From IMG/VR virus record IMGVR_UViG_3300008108_000027: a stretch of 64,000 nucleotides of DNA; one strand, given 5' to 3'. The position numbers and the translations under genes are program-made. Below the pieces are notes generated by a model. The model was not told the origin of the DNA. It made no database searches and saw only the letters and a program-made list of their open reading frames with translations. This DNA is from an uncultured virus (IMG/VR IMGVR_UViG_3300008108_000027). Its lineage: Duplodnaviria; Heunggongvirae; Uroviricota; Caudoviricetes. Shown here one piece after another: positions 23,233 through 34,460 of this stretch. The first letter of the stretch is position 1, and each line of letters starts with the position of its first letter.

Positions 23233-23436
23233 TTAATCTTGTAATAATTGTCTACCGTCTTCGGTAATATATTTTTTATTTATTCTTTCTACTATACCAT
23301 CTTTAGATCTTATCACATAACATTCTCCTGTTTGTAAATCACACTCTTCTCTTTCCATACCATCACTAGATACATTTTTGATAGTTTTTGGATTTAAAAA
23401 TTGATCCATTGTTTTGTTTAATTTTGAATTATCCAT
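23233..23436 (-). CDS. Small hypothetical protein
   Basis: 67 aa; TATTTAT motif upstream; CDLQTGEC motif. Confidence 0.6.
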   Translation of the reverse strand: MDNSKLNKTMDQFLNPKTIKNVSSDGMEREECDLQTGECYVIRSKDGIVERINKKYITEDGRQLLQD

Positions 23437-23474
23437 AACTTTTTATTATAAATATTCTAAAAACTTGAATATTC

Positions 23475-26400
23475 TCAATATAGTTTAAAATAAACAATAT
23501 CTCCATCAATTAGTCCCAAATCCCTCATTAGTTTATCTGACATACAAATACCGTATCCTTGTAATAATGGACCCACATGTACAGGTCCGGTTACTTTTTT
23601 AACTGTGGAATTTAAATCATATGATGGTGATACAAATACTTCTTTATTATTTTTAGGATTTATAAATTTAGCATTTGCGGTAATAATTTTAGATCCACTA
23701 ATAACATTAGGTGTTTGAAATCTAGTACCATAAAAATATGAAGTACTACTACTATCTTTTATTTCACCCCATAATAATGGTTTTGGTTTAGGATCTGTTT
23801 TAATGTTATTGATAACACCCATTGTCATATCATCATCAATTTTATATATCCCTCCACCCATTTTAACTACCGCCGCTCTTAACCATTCATAATTCTTATC
23901 AGGAGATGAATAGTTTTTATTTTCAATTAATTGTATATATTTTTCACCAGTTGTTTTATTATCACTAAATCCATTATACGGTACACCAAAAATATTAACA
24001 CCCGACCTGTGTACTAATGTTTCACCATTAAATGATTTACCAGATAAGTCTACTGTCACTGTCCTTCCATCTTGTACTGTTAATGATATTTCACTTTCAG
24101 GTCTCTTTATTAATGATTCTTTAACCTTTATTTGTGCTTTATTTACTATGGACTCAAATAAAGGTCTATAGGTTGCCATAGTGGCCTCTTTTGGATCAGG
24201 TAAAGACGCGTATGGTATTCTTGTTCCCGTAAAATTTGTTGTTATATTATTATTTCTTATAGAATGTGTAACCTCCGTAATCCAATACGTACCTTTAAAC
24301 ATTGGAATATTTTTAAGATAAAAATACATTGTTGGTTGTATCATGACGTTACCCATAGAACTAACTTGACATGTATATGAAGATTGTCTGTATATGTCAT
24401 ATAACCCAATATCTACTTGATATGCATTTGCACCTGATTCAGATCTACCTAAATTTTCCATTGCAATAAATGATTCGGTAGTATTTTTTAATGATGATTG
24501 GTCAAGTTGTACTCCTTTAAAAATGCCTTGATTTTGATCACCAAAACTTACCTCGAATGCAACGACTCTATTTGATTTTGATAATTCAGCATTATCAAAT
24601 ACAGCAGGTGCGGTTATTATTAATGGATTTCTATTTTGATCTTGTATATTAAAACTGTCATCAATAAATTTATAATCTTTATTATATTTGTTAAGATCCA
24701 AATGTTTTGATGTTGGTCCAGTATATTGTAAAATTACTTTGGGTGACGATTCTTGATAATCAACTTCTAAAAACGTACCAAACAAATTTTTGGCTAATTT
24801 TTTGGAAGGAATCAATTTAACTTTATTACTATAATTTGCACCATAAAAATTTATATATGAGGGAAGTACTCTCATATCAAATCCGGTACCTTGTATTAAA
24901 ACAGAAATAACACTGTATAAATTTAATTTTTGATTTTTTGTGTCACCTAATGGTATTAATTTTTGTATATTAAAATACGCATCAGAACCAATATCTTTGT
25001 TTGCCTTATCTAAAAATAAAAATTCTTCAAATAATAATCTTTGACCGATTGAATTACCTCCAATCCACTTATCATTAAATGACTTGAAAAAATTATATGT
25101 TTCTAGTTTTAATATTTCATCACCAAAACCACTAACTGGTGTCATTCTTTGTGCATCTGTTGTTTTTGTTAACTTACTAAACTGTGAAATTAAATTTTGT
25201 AAAAATTCGGTATGTCTTTTTGTTAAAGTTGTTGTTGAATCAATTACTAAAACATTTTTTCTAATATAATCTATAAAATCAGGTTTAGTTGGTGATGCGG
25301 TGTTTAAATAATGTCCAGCAAATATTTGTGCTAACGATCTAAACTGAATTACATTGTCCTCACTTAACTCAATATCATTTGTTGCAAAAAATTGTAAATA
25401 TTTATTATCAATATCTTCACCTAAATAAAGATCAATATATTTTGAATTGGGCGATACTTGAGCAATATTAAATGTATTATAACTAAATGTACTTCCAGAA
25501 TTTATATTTGCAAACCCATTAACAACATATGAATCAATTTCTTTAGGGTTTCCGTTTGTAAATTTTATTAAATTATCTTTACTTAATAATTTTGTATGTA
25601 TGTTCTGTATCTTGTCTTTTTGTCTATTTTTTATATCAATAATAATTTGATCTGTTCTACCAGTATCTGTTGATATTTTTTCTACACTACACAAATCTTT
25701 TAAAATAGATTGAAACTTATCATAAAAAACACTTTCAAATTTTTTATAAGGTAATTCTTCTTTTACTGTCGACGTTGCAAAATTTATGAACATTTCTTCC
25801 ATTTCGTTCAGAATATCTGGATTAAATGTTGCAATTAAATCGATAACTTTTCTATAGTTTGTGTCCATAGAAAATATATTATCATTAGTTGTGGAACCAC
25901 TATTATAATTTCTGGTATATTGGTATGGGGAAGCAAATGTTAATCCACTAAAATTTTTAAATAAACCCTCATCCTCCCAAATTATTCTTGTGTATTTTTG
26001 TTCTTGTTCAAAAAAATTATTTTGTGGTATATATGAATTACCCCCATCTGATGGTAATACAGTAAATCTGAGATCTTTCGGGTCGTATTTGGAATTATCA
26101 ACAAATGTTGTCCAATATCTCATTCCGTTTGTCACAACTCGAGCATTACCTATAATCCCACCTGCAACAACATTTACATCAAAAGAAGGACTACCTGAAA
26201 ATACATCATAATGATTATAACCATTAACTACTTGGTGAAATATAGCATCATAATATGGATGAATACCTACATCAGAATTATTAGAATATGTCACACCACT
26301 ACCATTTAATGTAAATGTAAATCCAGAATTATTATCAAAAAACTCACTACCATTAAAATTTGTGGTTATATTTGATGTACTTAAAAAACCATCTAATATA

Positions 26401-29264
26401 TCATTATTGTCTAAAATTTTCTTTTTATATCTGTGATATATTGATCCCCATTTTAATAGTAAATGATATGGTATAAAATGTGTTGAACCTATTTCTCTAA
26501 ATAAAGAAGATACTTTTATGTTATTTGAAAATCTATCTTCCAAATCTTTAAAAGGTAATGAATTAAGTAATAAATATGCAGAACCCACATACTTACCAAC
26601 TCTTCCTGATTTGAAGAAATCGGAATATAATTGTTTGTGGAAATATGGTGTATTTAAAATATTGACTTTAGTATCTAAACCGAATGTTTGTACCGTACCA
26701 GGTACTGGTACTGTAGTGGTACCTAAATACAATTTATTTGAAAATATATTATTCTTAAAATTATCTTTAACCCATAATTCGGGATTCACCTCTGTTGAAA
26801 TAAATCCTTCCGATGTATTGACTTTTAAAGTGTTACCAAATTTAAACTCATTATCAGTAAAACTATTTTGTTTTAAATAAGACAAATATGTTTTTGAATT
26901 AAATGGATATATTTCTGTTCTATATGTATCTGACTGATATCTTAATAAATCATCACTTAATTTAACATATAAAGAATCATTATTAACAGGTTTAGGGTTA
27001 GTATTATTATTAGAATTCCTGTTAGGGTCGTAATATTGTTCAAAAATGTGTGGACTATCTATTATGCTAGAAATATAACCTACTGTTGGTAGTCTATCAA
27101 CGTAATATGGATATCTATCAAATGGTGATAGACTTCTCATTAAGTTTAATAAGTCAGGAAAACTTTTAACACTGTCTCTTAATATATCAATAACATCATT
27201 GTCATGTTTTATCGACTCGCTTAAGTTTTCAAATTCAAAATTAGATAATTCTCTTATTGTATTTGAATTAAAAGAATCAAATAATGTTATATAATATGAT
27301 CTTTCAAATATTTCATATAATATAGAAACTAATGTTTTTTCTGTATAAGGAATTACACCTAAAGATTTACCAAAACCATTTATTAGTGTGTCAAGTGTAC
27401 TTATCTTTTTTATTTTACCCTCATCTAAATTATCTTCAAAAACGTAATCTATTTTACCAATACCACCTTCCTTTTCTGATAATGGGTCATATTTTTTAGT
27501 TGTTACCGCAATATAGTCTTCAACAAAATCAATTTCTGGCCACAATTTCTTATCATTAGTTTTCAATTTTTGTAATAGATCTTTATCACCAGGATATGCC
27601 ACTACTTTACTTTTACTACCTGAACCTGTACTTTTTTTAACTTCCGGCCAAGGATATACCGCACCACCACCAGGTGTTTCATCGGAAAATCCGACTAATA
27701 AATTTTTTCTAGTTTCGGCATCTTGAAATGCCTTATTATGTGTATCTTTTAATAGTCTAATGTAAACTTCTGCATTAGCAAGAACCACAGCAAATATGTT
27801 TCTTATTGTTGGTTCAAACCCAATACCCTTTTTAGGGTCTCTTAAAATTGTATTTATTTCTTTTTCAACATCTTTTTGTAGTGCATCTTTTTGTTTTAAA
27901 AATTCATTTACCATTTTTTTATAATCCTCACCAAGTAAATCAATATTCAACCCAACTTGTTTGTCTTTATAACCAATATAATCATCGATATTTTTAATAT
28001 CGTTACTTTTCTTTAATTTAGTAAAATCACTACTTGTCTTGTTTATTACATTATTGGCAAATAAATTAGTTTTAGATAAAAGTTCTTTATACCTATTTAA
28101 ACCCTTTTCAAGAGTATCGTCTGAATCTCCTTTTATTTTTGATTTATCTGTTTTATCGGATATATTTAATAAATAAAATAATTCATCCCCCCTTGTTCCG
28201 CCAGTGAAACTAACAGTAGATAAATTTTTCTTTGTCCATATGTTTATGTATTCACCTAATTTTGATAAACCATCTTCATATTCAACTATACCTGCGAAAA
28301 CCTTAAAATCTACTTTTTGAAATATTTCGTTTTCCAGTATTTTATCTAAACTTTCTGAAATTGTAATAAGTTCTTTAAGTGTTTTTACGGGAAAATTTGG
28401 ATCAATTAATTTTTTTTGTTTTAGTTCATTATAAACAGATCTTAAAATTGCATATCCTCTAGATGATTTTGAAATCTTTTTTTCAAAAGTACCACTACCT
28501 TCATTAAATGTTGGTCTTGTACTATTTTCAACTCTAAACATATAAGGACAATTTAACATACCATTTAATGGTATATCAGAAATGTGTGCAAATGTTGCAC
28601 CAACGAATGTTGCCATACTTTCAAAATTACCAGACCCTTCGTTAAATTTTGTTGTAAATTTTACTAAATGTAATCTATATCTAATTGCCTTCCCATAATA
28701 ACCTTTAACTGTCAAATAAAATATCGGCCAAGGTAAATGAAAAAATGCTTTATATGGTGAGTTTTCGGGAGACTCAAATAATGTTTTACCTCTAACATCT
28801 ATAAAGTTTATTGTAACTTGTGGAATTGAGTTCAAACCTTTGGTTGTTATTGTTATACTATCAATACCAAAACTTTGTCCGGTTCCATCCGATTGAAAAA
28901 ATTCACCAGTACCTACATTTATTTTATTACCATTTATGTCGGTACTTTTTTTTGTAATTTCTGTTTTTTCTAAAAATGCATTTGTCCATGACGTATCAAA
29001 ATCATCACCATTTTGATTTCTTAAAAAATTAAGAGTACCTTTTGCTATAGATATTAAAGTATTTTTATCATTACTAGAAACTAAAATAGATCTGGGAATA
29101 ATATCCGCCTCCAAATTAACATACATCATCAAATTTTCAGGACGAATAGATCTAGGTTCTATTTCACCATCCACAACAACACTGTTAGGGTCGACATAAA
29201 TTAAATTATTTACATCTGATTTAACAAGAATGTCCTCACTATTTGAAATATCTTTATTCCCCAT
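23475..29264 (-). CDS. Very large baseplate hub/tail-associated protein
   Basis: 1929 aa; GNVMIQPTMYFYL..PMFKGTYWITEVTHSI resembles the C-terminus of gp27/gpD-like hub proteins; synteny after the gp53-like gene. Confidence 0.6.
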   Translation of the reverse strand: MGNKDISNSEDILVKSDVNNLIYVDPNSVVVDGEIEPRSIRPENLMMYVNLEADIIPRSILVSSNDKNTLISIAKGTLNFLRNQNGDDFDTSWTNAFLEKTEITKKSTDINGNKINVGTGEFFQSDGTGQSFGIDSITITTKGLNSIPQVTINFIDVRGKTLFESPENSPYKAFFHLPWPIFYLTVKGYYGKAIRYRLHLVKFTTKFNEGSGNFESMATFVGATFAHISDIPLNGMLNCPYMFRVENSTRPTFNEGSGTFEKKISKSSRGYAILRSVYNELKQKKLIDPNFPVKTLKELITISESLDKILENEIFQKVDFKVFAGIVEYEDGLSKLGEYINIWTKKNLSTVSFTGGTRGDELFYLLNISDKTDKSKIKGDSDDTLEKGLNRYKELLSKTNLFANNVINKTSSDFTKLKKSNDIKNIDDYIGYKDKQVGLNIDLLGEDYKKMVNEFLKQKDALQKDVEKEINTILRDPKKGIGFEPTIRNIFAVVLANAEVYIRLLKDTHNKAFQDAETRKNLLVGFSDETPGGGAVYPWPEVKKSTGSGSKSKVVAYPGDKDLLQKLKTNDKKLWPEIDFVEDYIAVTTKKYDPLSEKEGGIGKIDYVFEDNLDEGKIKKISTLDTLINGFGKSLGVIPYTEKTLVSILYEIFERSYYITLFDSFNSNTIRELSNFEFENLSESIKHDNDVIDILRDSVKSFPDLLNLMRSLSPFDRYPYYVDRLPTVGYISSIIDSPHIFEQYYDPNRNSNNNTNPKPVNNDSLYVKLSDDLLRYQSDTYRTEIYPFNSKTYLSYLKQNSFTDNEFKFGNTLKVNTSEGFISTEVNPELWVKDNFKNNIFSNKLYLGTTTVPVPGTVQTFGLDTKVNILNTPYFHKQLYSDFFKSGRVGKYVGSAYLLLNSLPFKDLEDRFSNNIKVSSLFREIGSTHFIPYHLLLKWGSIYHRYKKKILDNNDILDGFLSTSNITTNFNGSEFFDNNSGFTFTLNGSGVTYSNNSDVGIHPYYDAIFHQVVNGYNHYDVFSGSPSFDVNVVAGGIIGNARVVTNGMRYWTTFVDNSKYDPKDLRFTVLPSDGGNSYIPQNNFFEQEQKYTRIIWEDEGLFKNFSGLTFASPYQYTRNYNSGSTTNDNIFSMDTNYRKVIDLIATFNPDILNEMEEMFINFATSTVKEELPYKKFESVFYDKFQSILKDLCSVEKISTDTGRTDQIIIDIKNRQKDKIQNIHTKLLSKDNLIKFTNGNPKEIDSYVVNGFANINSGSTFSYNTFNIAQVSPNSKYIDLYLGEDIDNKYLQFFATNDIELSEDNVIQFRSLAQIFAGHYLNTASPTKPDFIDYIRKNVLVIDSTTTLTKRHTEFLQNLISQFSKLTKTTDAQRMTPVSGFGDEILKLETYNFFKSFNDKWIGGNSIGQRLLFEEFLFLDKANKDIGSDAYFNIQKLIPLGDTKNQKLNLYSVISVLIQGTGFDMRVLPSYINFYGANYSNKVKLIPSKKLAKNLFGTFLEVDYQESSPKVILQYTGPTSKHLDLNKYNKDYKFIDDSFNIQDQNRNPLIITAPAVFDNAELSKSNRVVAFEVSFGDQNQGIFKGVQLDQSSLKNTTESFIAMENLGRSESGANAYQVDIGLYDIYRQSSYTCQVSSMGNVMIQPTMYFYLKNIPMFKGTYWITEVTHSIRNNNITTNFTGTRIPYASLPDPKEATMATYRPLFESIVNKAQIKVKESLIKRPESEISLTVQDGRTVTVDLSGKSFNGETLVHRSGVNIFGVPYNGFSDNKTTGEKYIQLIENKNYSSPDKNYEWLRAAVVKMGGGIYKIDDDMTMGVINNIKTDPKPKPLLWGEIKDSSSTSYFYGTRFQTPNVISGSKIITANAKFINPKNNKEVFVSPSYDLNSTVKKVTGPVHVGPLLQGYGICMSDKLMRDLGLIDGDIVYFKLY

Positions 29265-29577
29265 AATATAATTTATACAATTCTACGTTTCTTTTGTAAT
29301 CTTGTAAAGAGGTAACTAGTGGAAATGGTACTCTAACTACAAAATTATCAGGTATTTCGAATTCAATACTACCCGCTAATGGGTTGGCCAATAATATTAA
29401 CCACCCGAAGACAGGAGTACCATAATATTGATCTGAAATTTTATCTAATCTAGTTTGATTTTTTTTAAAAAAAACATACTTATCTGTCTTTTTTATAGGT
29501 ATTTCTATGCCAGGTACTATTCTAAACTCACCATCAATAAGAAATTCGTCATATCTATCATAATAACTTCTACTCAT
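29254..29577 (-). CDS. LysM-like baseplate protein (gp53/tail X-like)
   Basis: RLDKISDQYYGTPVFGWLILLANP...VVRVP motif. Confidence 0.75.
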   Translation of the reverse strand: MSRSYYDRYDEFLIDGEFRIVPGIEIPIKKTDKYVFFKKNQTRLDKISDQYYGTPVFGWLILLANPLAGSIEFEIPDNFVVRVPFPLVTSLQDYKRNVELYKLYYGE

Positions 29578-32500
29578 TTCTAAAATAATTTAGTTTTTTA
29601 TCTACAGGTTGTTTTGTAGAATTTATTTTTGTAAGTATATCTTTTTCATTGGTGTCGGTAATATCTGATTGTGTACCTGTTTTAAACTTAATTTTTAATG
29701 TGTCTTTTCTTTTTGGGTATTTTTTTAATTTAAATTTAATATCATCAGGTTTTTCTAAAAATTTATCTAACGACTTGGATAATTTTTCTTTTTCAACATT
29801 AGGTCTGAAAACAAGTACATCAGTATATTGATTTAATATATTATTTTTATAATCACTTAATAAATTTGAAATCATTTTTATAACTTGTGCGTCTGTTATT
29901 GATTGTGGATTATTAAAATTAACTGTGTTAGAAATTTTATTAGTTAATCTTACATGGTTATCACTAATATAATCAACGCACGATGAATATTTGTCCAATA
30001 AAATATCATATGTAAATCCAGATAAATCAACCTTTGTGAATTTTTCATTTTCTATTTTTCCATCATGTATATAATAGATTAAATAGTTTAACCCATCTAA
30101 TGTTTTTATAATTTCATTTCTAGCCAATATTAGATCTTTTTCAATTGCCCCAAATTTTTCTGGAATTTCATCAAATATTTTTTTAATTTCTGAACTTAAA
30201 TATGGTTTTAAAATTTGATCTGAATTTGGGACTTTAGCATCCGGTATTTTTGCGTCTAATAGGTCTTTTGTTAAACTTGGTATTTTATTTTCAATAACAT
30301 CAACAAATCTTTCTCTAACGTCTCTCAATATTATTGGTAATTCTTTACTTTTTTTGTATTCACCTACTAAATCTAAAACAACAGTTTGAGCACCATTTGG
30401 TTGTGTATAAACATCATATTTTGTTATTGGTCTATATGTTTCAGAAAAGAATAAACTTGTAATATCTTCACCATATTTTAATAAAGATGTGTTATAAGCA
30501 CTCTTATATTTTTCAAAATAATTCTCAACTTGTTTAAATAATCCGTTGACTAAATCATCGTAACTTATTTCTTCACCTTCAGGTTTACCTATAAATTTAC
30601 CATTAACAATATTATTTCCATTATTAACATCGTCTTGTCTTTCAGGTGTTTTTGGTGCGTTTTTTTGTATCTTTTCTAAAAAATCTTTTGTAAACTGTTC
30701 CGCATCAACACCAGCAATTTTTGTATTTGTTGGTATGGATCTCTCATCGTACATTTCGGTATTAGCATAAAAATTAGATGATAGTGCGTTCTGTAATTTT
30801 TCAACTGGTTTTTCTAATCCATGTCCACCAATGAAACTTAATTGTAATGTGACAGACGCAATCATCGGTTGTACACCAATACCTTCAGGATTAAAATCCC
30901 AAACAGCATCATCAAAATTTATACTTATATCTTTTATGGCAACTTTTGAATGATAAAAATCCCCAATTCTTATTATACAAATTGGTGGTGGTCCAAATGT
31001 TGTGTTTCTGGCATTTAAATCGGCTTCATCTGATAATCCTTTTATTGGTAATGTGTCGCCAGGTCTAATACATTGATGTAAAAATGTTAATCTAGCATTT
31101 AAACCTTCCGGTGTCATTGAATGAAATGCGGGATGAAAATATTTTAATTTTTCTTTTAAAGATGAAAATTGTATTGGTGAATCCTCCTCTAATTTTTTGA
31201 AATAAAAACACTCCGATAATGTTTTCATTATCAATCTTTTCATAACATCAATAGGTGGTTTCTTTATTTCTTTTTTAATTTCAATTTTACCATCTTCTTC
31301 TAATGATGTCTTTGGTAAAACAGGTGGATTTGGTGGTGGTGGAGGTGGTGTTGGTTGTACCTGTTGTTTAATATATCCTATCTTTACTTTTGATTGTCTA
31401 CAATTAACCGCAACTGGTGCTACAACATCTAATTTTTCACCTGCAGATACATTTAGCGGATATAAAAAATCTTGTGTTGTACACGAAACACTAGATCCAT
31501 TTTCTTCTACATTACCATATTCACCATAGTTTGTTACTTTTATTTTAAATTTACCATCTATCTCGTATCCAATGTCTCTAAATGTAACAATATCATTAAC
31601 CCATTGTATTGGGGACTTAGTGTCTTTAATATTATTGGTGGTTGGATCTGTTGGAAATACATATTTTAATCTTGTTGTTCTAAACTTTTCCATATCAAAC
31701 GAAGGATCATTTGCTATTTTTTCAAAAATGTCCTTTAAGATTGAATATGTTCTTCTAAAAGATAAATTAAGGTTATATTCATTATTTGTTAACGCGGATG
31801 TTGATGATCCTATTTCAATTGTAACTTCTTGTACCGTACCTCCAGATATGTCTACTTTTAATTGATCAATTGTTTTTCTATATGTACTATAATTCTCATC
31901 TAATTTACTAAAAATATCTGTTAATCTATTTAAAGATATTTGTATTAAACTACTTTTACTTGTACCTCTAACATCTGTCTTACCATATAATAATTTTATA
32001 TCGTTTAACATGTTTTTATCAGGATTTGTTGTTGCACTATATGCGGTTAACAAAAGATTTAAATTTTTTTGTAAAGCATTTTTCTGTTTGTCATAATCTC
32101 CAGTTTGTTGTGTGGGTGACGATCCTTTATAATAAGAATATGCAGTTTCATAACTTTCCGCAGTTATATAATTCTTAGTACTCATTTTTGGATAATCGTT
32201 CTCAAATTTTAGATTAACATCTAAATTAATATTTTGTGGTTGAGTACCTCCACCGCTAGGTGATGTGTTTGGTTCATCTTGTTTAATATCTTCAGTTACT
32301 ACTTTATATTTTTGTATTAATTCAGTTGATACACCCGCATTCAAATATCTTTGAATTAGTTTTATATCATCTTCATTTAATGTTGCGTACTTTTTAACTA
32401 AATCATATAAGTCAACATCTTGACATCCAGCAAAAAAGGCATTTATATAATTGTCCGCCTCTTCATCTGACATATCCTTAAAGACTTCTCTAACCAATAA

Positions 32501-34423
32501 GTTCATTATACTTGGATGGTCGACAATTACTTTAAATGAAATTGTACCTGATCTTGATGTATTTTGATAAGTATAGATTGGTTCAGGTCTACCTAAAAAT
32601 AAGTTTTCTTCCCATCTTGCATTGTTTGTTTCATTTACTTTTAAATCATATGGTGGAAACCACATAACTCTACCACCGTTTGGTCCTCTTTCGCAATATG
32701 GTAAATCTTGAACTGTAAATCCTTCTCTATTAGATGTTTTCCATGCCAAGTTCTCAATTGAAAACATATATTTTTTAGCATAAAATCCACCACCATACGG
32801 GTAATTTGGAAATATATTTGACGATCCTTCAAAACTTTTATTACCATCGGACATAGGTGCAATATTCAAATTATAAGGTGTTGTTAAAACACTACCTTCA
32901 AATTTTCTAATATTAGTCCCTCTTTTCATGGTATCTGACCTTGTCATGTATGGTCTATCTTTTGTCCACACTCTACAATACTCAACACCACTTTCTTCTC
33001 CTGTAAATTTATCTGTATATTTAACTGCAGAACCTCTAGATATTCTAATATCACCTTCACCAAAAACTCTACTTGTTTGGTCAATAACATTTGCCACATG
33101 TGAACGGGCTTCACCACCATTTGTTGGTAATGTATTTAATAGTTCTTGTGTTACTCCTAAAATAGAATCTTCTCTAAAATCAAAACCACTCGATAGAGAC
33201 TGATCGTAATTTGATTTTTGTAAATTAAAAAACTCGTTGTTCGCACCTATTTTATTTTTTGAATTTTTACTTATCCAAGTTAATTTATTTGAAATCTGTC
33301 CTCCCTCACCGATATTTTTTGTTCTTTGAAATAGAGTTGCTTGTATCTCATCAAACATTAAAGTTAAATAAAAATTACTTTTAACAGGTCTATCATTAAA
33401 ATCACTCATCGCGTATTTTACATCATTTCCTCTGTCATCACCGATATATGCGATACCTGCCGGTGCTTCAACACCTAAAACATTTTTAACACCTTGTGCA
33501 ACATTATCAACAAAATTAAATAATTTAGATGAATTTTGTGATCTTGCTGTTGTGGTATAATTTGGTGCATATTTTGAAAAAGATAAGTTGTCAAATAATC
33601 TTTGTTTCTGACCCTGACCCATATACTCAATAAAAAGATCAGAAGGTTTCCTGTCTCTTTGTGGTCTTCTTTGAATACCGATTAAAGAACCTAAAGCACC
33701 TGTGACATCCTGAAGTATCGCACCTAATTCAGTTCTTGTATCAGGTCTAACATTTACAGGATTCGCCGGATTACTTAAATAATCACCAGGTATTTCTGTA
33801 AATGGGAATTCCACACCGGCAACAGATTGTAAAAAATCAATGGCTTTACCGGGTAATGTTTTTGCAACAGTAATTTGATAGTTTGGATCAACTAACGGTT
33901 CTCTACCTGTTATTAGATTTATTGCTGTGGTATTATTACCTCTTATTGCATCTAATAATCTAACCCTACCTTCTGTTACTCTTTTAAGATTTTGTTCTAT
34001 TCTAGAATACACGGGACCCTTTTGATCTTTATCCCTAATATATGATGCCGCAAATTTAAATAATTCAGATTCATTATCGTAATTTGATGTGGTCATTATA
34101 CCAACTAAATTATAGTTACCACTTCTAAAATATGGTGTTCCATTATAATATAATAATAAATTTGCTCTTCTTGGAATTGTATCTATCCTATCTTTAACAA
34201 AATATTGTAACGGTTTAAATGTGTTAGAATTTTGATGTTGTTGTAAATCATTTGCTCTATTTGTATCTACCGCACCCGGATCTACATTTGAAAAATCACT
34301 TAGATTTTGTACTGTATAGTTACTTGCATTAAATGTCTGTGGACCATTTGGTTGTTGTAGTGTTCTAACAATTAACGCATCCCTAAATGTTCTTGTTGTA
34401 TTAAAATCTAAATATGTTGGCAT
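29570..34423 (-). CDS. Large tail/baseplate protein with tube-initiator-like segments
   Basis: 1617 aa; GRPEPIYTYQNTSRSGTISFK and PPICIIRIGDFY...PMIASVTLQLSFIG motifs; between the tape measure and LysM genes. Confidence 0.55.
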   Translation of the reverse strand: MPTYLDFNTTRTFRDALIVRTLQQPNGPQTFNASNYTVQNLSDFSNVDPGAVDTNRANDLQQHQNSNTFKPLQYFVKDRIDTIPRRANLLLYYNGTPYFRSGNYNLVGIMTTSNYDNESELFKFAASYIRDKDQKGPVYSRIEQNLKRVTEGRVRLLDAIRGNNTTAINLITGREPLVDPNYQITVAKTLPGKAIDFLQSVAGVEFPFTEIPGDYLSNPANPVNVRPDTRTELGAILQDVTGALGSLIGIQRRPQRDRKPSDLFIEYMGQGQKQRLFDNLSFSKYAPNYTTTARSQNSSKLFNFVDNVAQGVKNVLGVEAPAGIAYIGDDRGNDVKYAMSDFNDRPVKSNFYLTLMFDEIQATLFQRTKNIGEGGQISNKLTWISKNSKNKIGANNEFFNLQKSNYDQSLSSGFDFREDSILGVTQELLNTLPTNGGEARSHVANVIDQTSRVFGEGDIRISRGSAVKYTDKFTGEESGVEYCRVWTKDRPYMTRSDTMKRGTNIRKFEGSVLTTPYNLNIAPMSDGNKSFEGSSNIFPNYPYGGGFYAKKYMFSIENLAWKTSNREGFTVQDLPYCERGPNGGRVMWFPPYDLKVNETNNARWEENLFLGRPEPIYTYQNTSRSGTISFKVIVDHPSIMNLLVREVFKDMSDEEADNYINAFFAGCQDVDLYDLVKKYATLNEDDIKLIQRYLNAGVSTELIQKYKVVTEDIKQDEPNTSPSGGGTQPQNINLDVNLKFENDYPKMSTKNYITAESYETAYSYYKGSSPTQQTGDYDKQKNALQKNLNLLLTAYSATTNPDKNMLNDIKLLYGKTDVRGTSKSSLIQISLNRLTDIFSKLDENYSTYRKTIDQLKVDISGGTVQEVTIEIGSSTSALTNNEYNLNLSFRRTYSILKDIFEKIANDPSFDMEKFRTTRLKYVFPTDPTTNNIKDTKSPIQWVNDIVTFRDIGYEIDGKFKIKVTNYGEYGNVEENGSSVSCTTQDFLYPLNVSAGEKLDVVAPVAVNCRQSKVKIGYIKQQVQPTPPPPPPNPPVLPKTSLEEDGKIEIKKEIKKPPIDVMKRLIMKTLSECFYFKKLEEDSPIQFSSLKEKLKYFHPAFHSMTPEGLNARLTFLHQCIRPGDTLPIKGLSDEADLNARNTTFGPPPICIIRIGDFYHSKVAIKDISINFDDAVWDFNPEGIGVQPMIASVTLQLSFIGGHGLEKPVEKLQNALSSNFYANTEMYDERSIPTNTKIAGVDAEQFTKDFLEKIQKNAPKTPERQDDVNNGNNIVNGKFIGKPEGEEISYDDLVNGLFKQVENYFEKYKSAYNTSLLKYGEDITSLFFSETYRPITKYDVYTQPNGAQTVVLDLVGEYKKSKELPIILRDVRERFVDVIENKIPSLTKDLLDAKIPDAKVPNSDQILKPYLSSEIKKIFDEIPEKFGAIEKDLILARNEIIKTLDGLNYLIYYIHDGKIENEKFTKVDLSGFTYDILLDKYSSCVDYISDNHVRLTNKISNTVNFNNPQSITDAQVIKMISNLLSDYKNNILNQYTDVLVFRPNVEKEKLSKSLDKFLEKPDDIKFKLKKYPKRKDTLKIKFKTGTQSDITDTNEKDILTKINSTKQPVDKKLNYFRNE

Positions 34424-34460
34424 CTATAATTTATATTATAAATAGGTTTTAATTAAAAAA